A stretch of DNA of 64,000 bases from positions 32,001 through 96,000 of the IMG/VR virus record IMGVR_UViG_3300025011_000019. One strand, 5' to 3'. This DNA comes from a virus. Both the position numbers and the translations under genes were made by a program. The first letter of the stretch is position 1. The number at the start of each line of letters is the position of its first letter. This document shows positions 56,275-64,000 of this stretch, piece after piece. Below the pieces are notes generated by a model. That model ran no database searches, was not told the DNA's origin, and saw only the letters and a list, made by a program, of their open reading frames with translations.

Positions 56275-56997
56275 ATGAAAACTAATCCACACATCAAAGA
56301 AGATCCAGATACATTCATCAGAAACAATATGAAACTTGCCAATTCTGTTGCATTAAAATTTTATCATAAGCTATATAAACAAGGATTAGAAAAAGATGAT
56401 ATTCTAAGCATTGGATACATAGGACTAATTAAAGCATATGAAAAATTCAATCCTACTAAATTCAAAGGAGAGAATGGAAGTGAAATAAAATTTAGTACAT
56501 ATGCTGTTCCTATGATTTGGGGAGAAATAAGCAATAATATTCGTGCTAATTATGATTTTATATCAATTCCTAATTCAGTTAAAGAAACTGTTGCAAAAAT
56601 TAGGAAAGCAGGTTATCTCGAAGAAGATAATCCGAAAGAAATATCACAGAAATTAAATATTTCCTTAAAGTTAATTAAATCAGGAATACAGGTATTGAAT
56701 CAATGTTCATTAATTGATAGTTTGGATAGAGGATTGGATGAAAATGAATCAAGTAATATTTTAGCAGATTTAATTCAAGGGGACACCGGAAGAGAATTAG
56801 AAAATGAAATAATATTGAATGATTTTTTAAGTTTATTATCAGATCAAATGTTAGAAGTTTATAAGTTAAGATTTAAGTATGGATTTAATCAAAGAGAAGT
56901 TGGTGAAGTATTGAATTTGAGTCAGAAGATTGTAAGTAGGACAGAGAAGAAAATATTTGATTTAGCAGAAATGTATTGTGGCGATGTGGCTTGTTAG
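56275..56997 (+). CDS. Phage RNA polymerase sigma factor, SigF/SigG/SigB-like
   Basis: Region 2 DDILSIGYIGLIKAYEKFNP...FSTYAVPMIWGEI; region 4 NQREVGEVLNLSQKIVSR. Confidence 0.9.
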   Translation: MKTNPHIKEDPDTFIRNNMKLANSVALKFYHKLYKQGLEKDDILSIGYIGLIKAYEKFNPTKFKGENGSEIKFSTYAVPMIWGEISNNIRANYDFISIPNSVKETVAKIRKAGYLEEDNPKEISQKLNISLKLIKSGIQVLNQCSLIDSLDRGLDENESSNILADLIQGDTGRELENEIILNDFLSLLSDQMLEVYKLRFKYGFNQREVGEVLNLSQKIVSRTEKKIFDLAEMYCGDVAC

Positions 56998-57015
56998 AAA
57001 GGATTGTGAGATAAG

Positions 57016-59487
57016 ATGATTATTGATTACACAAAGTTTACATTAAAATGTGGTGGCAATGGGTATAATGATTGTGGACAAAATGAAATACGAAGATGTT
57101 GTGTGGCGTGTGATAAATATAAGGACTGTAATTTAAAGGGTTGGACTTGTCATCCTCTAAAAGATTTGTTTAATAATAACCCACAAGAATGCCCTGCTTT
57201 ATACTTAAAAATAGAAAGATAATTAGAAAAGGAGGTATTGTTAATGGATTTTAAAGGTAAAGATAAAAAATATATTGATCAATGGATTAGAATGATGCTA
57301 CCTAATCTTGATTTATCAGTATATGAAAGATTTGGATATCTAAGAGGATATTCAGGATACAAAGGGAAGTTGGATGGATACTTTCAAGAACAATATGAGC
57401 AATTGATTGGTATTTTGACTAAAGAATAATAAATCATTTCATTGCATTTATCTGGAATTTAATACTAGAAAAACCAAACAATTGCATGTATAATTAGCAT
57501 GAGAGGTGAAAATCATGCAAGACATTATTAATACGATTAAAATTTCAACTAATTCTAATGAAGTAAAACAAATTTTAAAACCACTAAAAATTAAAGAAGT
57601 TATTAAAATTGCAAAAGGTTTAGATATTTGTATTAGAGGAAATGAGAACAAAACTGAAGTGATTAATAATATTATTTTAGGGATTATGAAATAGAAAAGG
57701 AGAATAAATTAAATGATGTTTTCAGTTTTTGCAAAAGATTTTATACACGGAACGATAGTGCAACATAATATGACTGTAGAAGAAATTATCCAATTATTTT
57801 TAGATTGGAACGATGGGAAAGATATTGTAGTTAAGAATTTTATTATTAGAAATGTAAGTATTGAAACAATTAGCGTAAAGGAAACTGGAAGGGATGATTA
57901 AATGCAAGTAGAAATTATTCACACAAATGAAATTAAAAAATCAGAATATGTCTGGGCAGTAATTATTTGTGAAACCGATGAATGGTTAGACGATTTTCAA
58001 ACTTATCAAGAAGCAGAGAAGTTTTGTGAAGATAATGGATATGTGATTAAGGGTTATGGTAAGCGAACTGTTTCTAATGGATTTATGAAGTAAGAAATAA
58101 AATTTTTATAAAGTATTGACGTATGGGTGGTTGTATGGTATGATATGGATAAGAAGAAATTTGAGAGAAGAAAAAATTGAGAGGTGGAATTTGAGTGCAA
58201 ATTTTAAGGTTTGGATTAGTAAATACGCTTTAACTAAAGGGATTTATGAATTAGAAGTAAAACGCTGTGTTAATAGCATTCGTGATAAAGATGAATCCGA
58301 CATGGTTGAAATTAGAAAAAATGGTTTTACTAGTTACTTTCATGGAGAGGGCAAAGAATGGCACCTAACTAAAGAATCTGCAATTGTGAGAGCAGAAGAA
58401 ATGAAATTAAGAAAGATTGAATCTGTTAAAAAACAACTCAATAAGTTAGAAAAGTTAAAATTCTAAAACCATAAATTACCTCGAACGACGTATTTTAAAG
58501 ACTATGGAAGGAATGATTGTAAATGAATAAAACAGCTTACCTTTATCTTCGAAGCATTGAGGAAATCCCAAAACCTGTCCTATCAGCAGAAGATTTGAAG
58601 GATAAGTCAGATAGAACCCTATTATACGGTTATACGTGCGATAGAGATACTTGGCATGTATATTTAGAAGATGGTAAAATCTATACAGTTGTTTATAATG
58701 CTAGAGAAGATGAGATTAAACTTAACATTGTTCCTATAAATGAGAATAAGGATTTTGTGCCGAATAAGAGATTATATCCTGCAAAATGTGATTATCTTTT
58801 TTGCAAACTTCTTAAGGAGCATGGGGTTAATTTACCTTTTACAACATGGGAAGATGTAGTTGAAAAGCAAATATGTTATGGTAAAACATTGTCCGATAAA
58901 GATTAAGACTTATGGGAGGAAAATAATATGAACTTAATAGGTGTATCTTTAAAATTAACAGATCAAAAATTAGAAATAGAAGTGGCGAGATTACCAATTA
59001 TTAAAGAAACTGATAAAGTTATTAAACTTAATAGTAATAGCGAACTGGTTTTTGATTGTTTTGTTAATATACCAAAAGACAAAATAGGAATTGTTCAAAA
59101 GGGTAGATTCAGTGAAAGTGTTGGTGGTTTCGAAAGAAAGTTGTGGGATACAGATGATTCTCCTGAAAATGAACAAAAAATGATTGAACATTTAAAGATT
59201 TGTGCAAGAAATGAAATGGAAAGACGTAAATATACTTTTAACAAAATGCTAGAAAATTTAAATAGTCGATGAAATTATTCATTTAATTGATGAAAGAGAG
59301 GTTATTAAAAATGAGTGTTGTTACAACATATGATGAAAAACGAGATGAATTAAGGTTTCAATTAAGTAAATGTTTAACATTGGCAAGAGAGATGTTAGAT
59401 GAGAATATTTGGGGTTTTGAAGAAATGAAAAGTGATTACGCCACTGATTTGTATGTAGCAGTAAAAAAAGCAAAAGACTTGGTGTAA
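57016..59487 (+). CDS. Array of nine small hypothetical proteins
   Basis: RBS-led ORFs. Confidence 0.6.
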
Positions 59488-59587
59488 AAAATATGCTCAT
59501 AAAAACCTAATATAATTATTTCAATCATATCTATATCATGTTAATATAATTATATTAGGTTATATCCAAAGGGAGGAATTACATAAA

Positions 59588-60469
59588 ATGATCAGACATG
59601 TAGGATTCGCTTGTATGAGTAAAAAATGCAATACAAAATATCAAATATTTAGATTAGCATCATTTAGTGAATACAGATTAAAACAAACAATTGCTCATAA
59701 TCTAAAAGAAACTGAGCGTACAATCCAACATTGCATTTCTGAAGGAATTAAATTATTCAGAATCAGTTCTGATTTAGTTACATTTGTTACTCATGAAATT
59801 ATGAAAGATATTGATTATATGTCTTGGATGCAATCTGATTTAAAAAGGATTGGTGATATAGCAAAAAATAATAATATGATATTGTCAATGCATCCTTCTC
59901 AAATGTGTGTATTATCAAGCAATAAAGATGAAGTTGTAAATAATTCTATCAAAGATTTAATTTATCATTATGATATTCTTAATGCTATGGGCCTTGATGA
60001 TTTTAATATTATAATTCATGCTGGTGGAGTTTATGGGAATAAAAGTGAAGCAATGAAGAGATTTATTAATGTTTTCAATAGTTTGCCTTTGGAATTGAGA
60101 AATCATATCTTGCTAGAGAATGATGACAAAAGTTATACTGTAAGTGATGTAATGAGAATACATCGAGAAACTGGAGTCAGAGCTGTGTTAGATATACATC
60201 ATATGTACTGCAATAATGATGGTACAGAATTAGATTTAGAAGCCATATTTGCTACTTGGAAGGATGGTAGAGTACCTAAGATTCATCTTAGTTCACCAAA
60301 GAGTATTGAAGCGTTTAGAAGTCATTCTGACATGATTGATTATGAATATTGTAGAGAGTTTTTTGAGAAGTATAAGGGATTAGAATTTGATGTAATGATT
60401 GAGGCAAAAGATAAGGATTTGGCTGTAGAGAAGTTTGTTGAGGATTATAGGAGAGTGATATGTGAGTGA
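59588..60469 (+). CDS. uvsE: UV damage endonuclease
   Basis: GFACM, FRISSD, SMHPSQ, IIHAGG, LENDD, LDIHH, PKIHLSSP, RSHSD, VMIEAKDKD. Confidence 0.93.
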   Translation: MIRHVGFACMSKKCNTKYQIFRLASFSEYRLKQTIAHNLKETERTIQHCISEGIKLFRISSDLVTFVTHEIMKDIDYMSWMQSDLKRIGDIAKNNNMILSMHPSQMCVLSSNKDEVVNNSIKDLIYHYDILNAMGLDDFNIIIHAGGVYGNKSEAMKRFINVFNSLPLELRNHILLENDDKSYTVSDVMRIHRETGVRAVLDIHHMYCNNDGTELDLEAIFATWKDGRVPKIHLSSPKSIEAFRSHSDMIDYEYCREFFEKYKGLEFDVMIEAKDKDLAVEKFVEDYRRVICE

Positions 60470-60502
60470 TTAAAAAGTTATAATTAAAAAGGAGGAAATA
60501 TT

Positions 60503-61775
60503 ATGGAAAAGAATTATCATTGCAATCGCTATAAATGTCAAGATGAAAGATTAATCCCAAGAGTTCAAATATCAAAATATATGCGTAATATGTCATTAGA
60601 ATATCCCAATGATGAGCAATTATTAAATGATTGGAAAGAATACTATAAGGCAATGTGTAATGATATTAGAAGGTCTTGGAACATTGAAGGAATTATTGCA
60701 ACTGCATATTCTAAAGAAGAAAATGCAGTTTATGTTTATGAATTTCCTGTGAAAGCAGACGATACTATATTTTCACCTAAAATACAATGGGATGATGAAA
60801 TTAAAAGATATTATATCGAAATGTAGATTATCATCCTATAAATGTGTGGTTTGAAGGGAGGAAATAAACCATGTTGTATTTTGCTTTAGGTTTAATAGTT
60901 GGATTATTAGCATTTAATTTGGTATGGTTAGTTAAAATCGAAATGAAATTGCCTTAAAGATGATGGAAGGAGGAAATTGTTTTGATTCAAAGAAATATTA
61001 CTTATTTTGGTCAACAAATTATTGTAGCTTGTGATGAGAAATGTAATAAAGCATGGGGTATAAATAATAGGCCAAAAATTCAATTCGATGATAATAATGA
61101 AGATGATTATGCTTACTTGTCAGATGATGAATTAAATGAAGCTCCTATTGATCCTGGAACTTATGAGGGATTTGAAATGAGTGGAAAACCAGAAATAAAA
61201 GAAGAAAGGTTAAATAAATGGTGTATTAGAGAATGTGAGAGAAGCTATAGAGGTCAATTGCCTATTGAATTGAAAGATTTTAGTAAGAAGATTTATAATA
61301 TTCCATCGTTGCATATAGTCAATGAAGTATCTAAAATGGATTATTCTGTTTGGATAACTTTAGACAATAAGCACTTAAAGATATCTGAAATGACTACAGA
61401 TCATATTAAGAATTGTATTAAAATGATCAAGCGCAGTAAATTTTTAGATGTCATGGAGCGTTATGATACAGTTCCAGAACCACCTCCAAGATATGTTGTT
61501 GATTATGACCAATACAAACCATATTTAAATATTTTTAAGAATGAATTAGAAACACGTTGAAAAGTGATTTAAAAGGAGGTTTATAAATGGATAAAGACGA
61601 TTTAATGTTTATGAGAAGGTCTACTTGGTGCAAGACAAAAGGAGAGTTATTATCAATTCTTGAATATTATATGAGTTCAAGAGATGGTAAGCAAGAAGAA
61701 GAAAATTTTCAAATAATGTATCGAAAAATACATGAGTTTATTAAGTGGATGGATGAAGAAAGTCCAATAGCATGA
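60503..61775 (+). CDS. Hypothetical proteins, including the Cys-rich two-domain 60982-61560
   Basis: CDEKCNKAWG...NKWCIRECERS plus a C-terminal WIT...ISEMTTDHIKNC module. Confidence 0.65.
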
Positions 61776-61828
61776 ATGTCTAGTTTCGAGGGATATACTT
61801 TATATAATTGGTACAATATGTTATATTA

Positions 61829-62089
61829 TATACATACTGTTGCTTCTGTATATTTAGTGAGTAAAGTGAGAAGGGGATATTAAAATCGATTTTAAAAGTG
61901 GAGATGTTGTTCTATTAAAAAGCGGAAGTCCTGCAATGACTATAGAAAGTATAGGGGTATACAGTGGTGCAACTAAAGCAATATGTATTTGGTTTGATGG
62001 AGCTAAAAAGTATAGCGATTCATTCGAGTTGCCAACTTTAGAAATATATGAATAAATAGTTATATTATACAGAAGTAACAGTTTGTATA
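61829..62089. repeat. 24-bp inverted repeats flanking a YodC-like ORF
   Basis: tatacatactgttgcttctgtata (61829-61852) and tatacagaagtaacagtttgtata (62066-62089), 22/24 complementary. Confidence 0.75.
61885..62055 (+). CDS. YodC/DUF2158-family protein with a non-canonical (ATC or ATT) start, not in the track
   Basis: FKSGDVVLLKSGSPAMTIE...ICIWFDG...F....L; RBS GAAGGGGA lies 7 nt before ATC; upstream in-frame stop at 61867. Confidence 0.7.
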   Translation: MDFKSGDVVLLKSGSPAMTIESIGVYSGATKAICIWFDGAKKYSDSFELPTLEIYE

Positions 62090-62118
62090 ATATTATATTT
62101 AAAGGAGTGAGAAATTAA

Positions 62119-63909
62119 ATGGATTTTAAAGAAATTGTTGATAGATTTATATTAAAACGAGGGATTAAGGCAGTAGTCAAAAGCATAAAAATAGAAGGTG
62201 ATAAATGTGACATATTTTTAATGGGTGGATTCAGTACCAGTTTGGAATTGGTTGGTGATGTATTATATAAAGATGATAATTTTTATTGTAAAGTGGAAAA
62301 TCTGTTTGTATAAACAAGGAATTGAAAGGAGAATTATTATGCATTGTAAATTTTGTCAAGAGAAAATGGAATTTGATTCATCAGAGGGTATTGGGCACAG
62401 TGAAGTTCATCATTATGAGTGTATTATGTGTGAATCTAGCGTTACAGTTCATGAAAATGGCGAAGAGGATACGTGGGAGTCTGGTGAAAAGTGATACATT
62501 AAAACGAGGATATAAAAGGGTAAAAGGAGCGAGGATAATGAAAGAAATTGAACTTGAAAAATATTTAAGGAATCATAATTTTCCTGATAGCAATCTAAAA
62601 GTTAAAATAAATGATATGTTTTACGGGGTTAGAAAATGGTGATCAAATAATTATTGAAGCAGAATAAATCTAAGAATTGAATGGAAGGGATGATAATATA
62701 TGCTTTGTGAAGCGTGTGGTTATTCACACAATATGTATGAATTAAAGATGCCATTTTTACAATTATCATTTGTTACAGAAGATAATAAAGAAGTTAATGT
62801 CTATAGTGGAGTGTATAATGATGGGAGATATTCTAAGCAACTCATCTACCTATATAGATGTCCTAAGTGTAAATCAATTGTAAGCGAGTGAAACTTTGAT
62901 TAGATGGGAAGTTAGGAGGTAATTATGGATAAATATATTAAAGAACTGGAACAAAAAACCAATATAGATTTAACCGAACGAGAGCAAATGATTTTTAAAT
63001 ATGCTTATATTTGTGGAAAGCAAGAATTAGAAAACACTAATTCAACAATAACTAAAGTTATCAATAAAATAGTTGGTGGGTTTAGAGATTTTAGTTTTAG
63101 AGACAGCACGAATTCTTTAGCAAAAGACTTGAATCTAAACTGCAAAATTGATTATGTAGCTACACTATTTAGATTTCCATGTAATAGTGTGGAATATAGA
63201 ATTACATTAAAAGGCAAGAAGTCAGACATTGATATGTTTTGTCAAAGTATTTAATATGTTTAACGAAGGAGGAATTAATTAAATGAAACTACTTAAATAT
63301 TCTCACTCAAAAACATTTCATTATGATAATGCCGAAGAAAGATTAAATCATATCAAAGAAATGGAACAAGATGGTTGGGCTTGTGGTGGTCAGGTTAAGG
63401 AGTTTATAGGCAATTTATGGTTTAAAGATGATGTAGAGGATGAAAGTAAATATTATTATGTTGGTAGATTTTATAAAGAAGAGAGGGAATAATTATATGG
63501 CTGAATTTTGTATTGATTGCTTCAAGGAATTATTATTCAATGATTATGAAGATAGTCAAATTATTCTATCTGATAATTTGGATATATGCGAAGGGTGCGC
63601 TGAATTTAAACGTGTTGTGATTAGGATAATTGATTGATATACTCATTTAAACTATAAATAGGAGGAATAATTATGTCTAATTGGAAGGAACAACTTAAAA
63701 AAGTAGAACAATGTCCACAAAGACAAGATTCTTTGATTGATCAGATGCAGGATTTACATTATATTGCTAATAAATTTGGTTTTTATGATGCAGCAGATTC
63801 AATTAAACGAAGATTTATGGAGAAAAGATGTACTATTGGTATGGATTATAAAAAATGCTCATCGATAGAGTACGGCCAATCATGTTTAGATTGTGTGAAT
63901 TTTAAATAA
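62119..63909 (+). CDS. Array of about eight small hypothetical proteins, several with CxxC zinc ribbons
   Basis: RBS-led ORFs. Confidence 0.6.
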
Positions 63910-64000
63910 TTTTCCATTTGCTTTCTAATCCATATTATGTTATACTATAATCAAGAAATAAAATATTAGGAGGAAATTGAATGTCATCAGGAGAAGGAAT

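Noticed and set aside
8056-59191. Minus-strand ORFs in the track (for example 8056, 9453, 20411, 32876, 49878)
   Set aside because: They are shadows of well-supported plus-strand genes, have F/I/L/S-biased composition and show no convincing RBS.

Overview
This is a low-GC window from a large Firmicutes (probably Clostridia-type) temperate phage or prophage of the SPbeta-like style. It holds about 150 mostly small genes, essentially all on the + strand, and no capsid, terminase, polymerase, rRNA or tRNA genes. Three zones are visible. (1) 1-13.8 kb: a G-poor non-coding start, then one- or two-gene units, each with a sigmaA promoter, an intrinsic terminator and often a repeated periodic spacer element. 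(2) 13.9-32.2 kb: a sigmaA promoter opens a ~1-kb structured leader with an rRNA-type boxA and a small ORF looped out by a 26-bp stem. It is followed by about 16 intergenic hairpins whose stems differ but whose loops carry ATAACA. This zone holds anti-defence-like genes (DUF262, an N6-methyltransferase/SF2 helicase of DarB type with two paralogous partners, an ArdC-like protein). (3) 32-64 kb: a dense array of small ORFs, many delimited at the stop codon by a short AAA-N6/7-TTT palindromic site. It includes HTH regulators, ORF6N and BRO antirepressors, DUF2786, an orphan HicA, a tyrosine recombinase, an RNA-ligase-like protein, a sporulation-type sigma factor and UvsE. The best candidates for an undescribed system are the boxA leader with its AUAACA-hairpin regulon and the cassette-boundary site array. 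All family assignments come from motifs recognised by eye, not from database searches.
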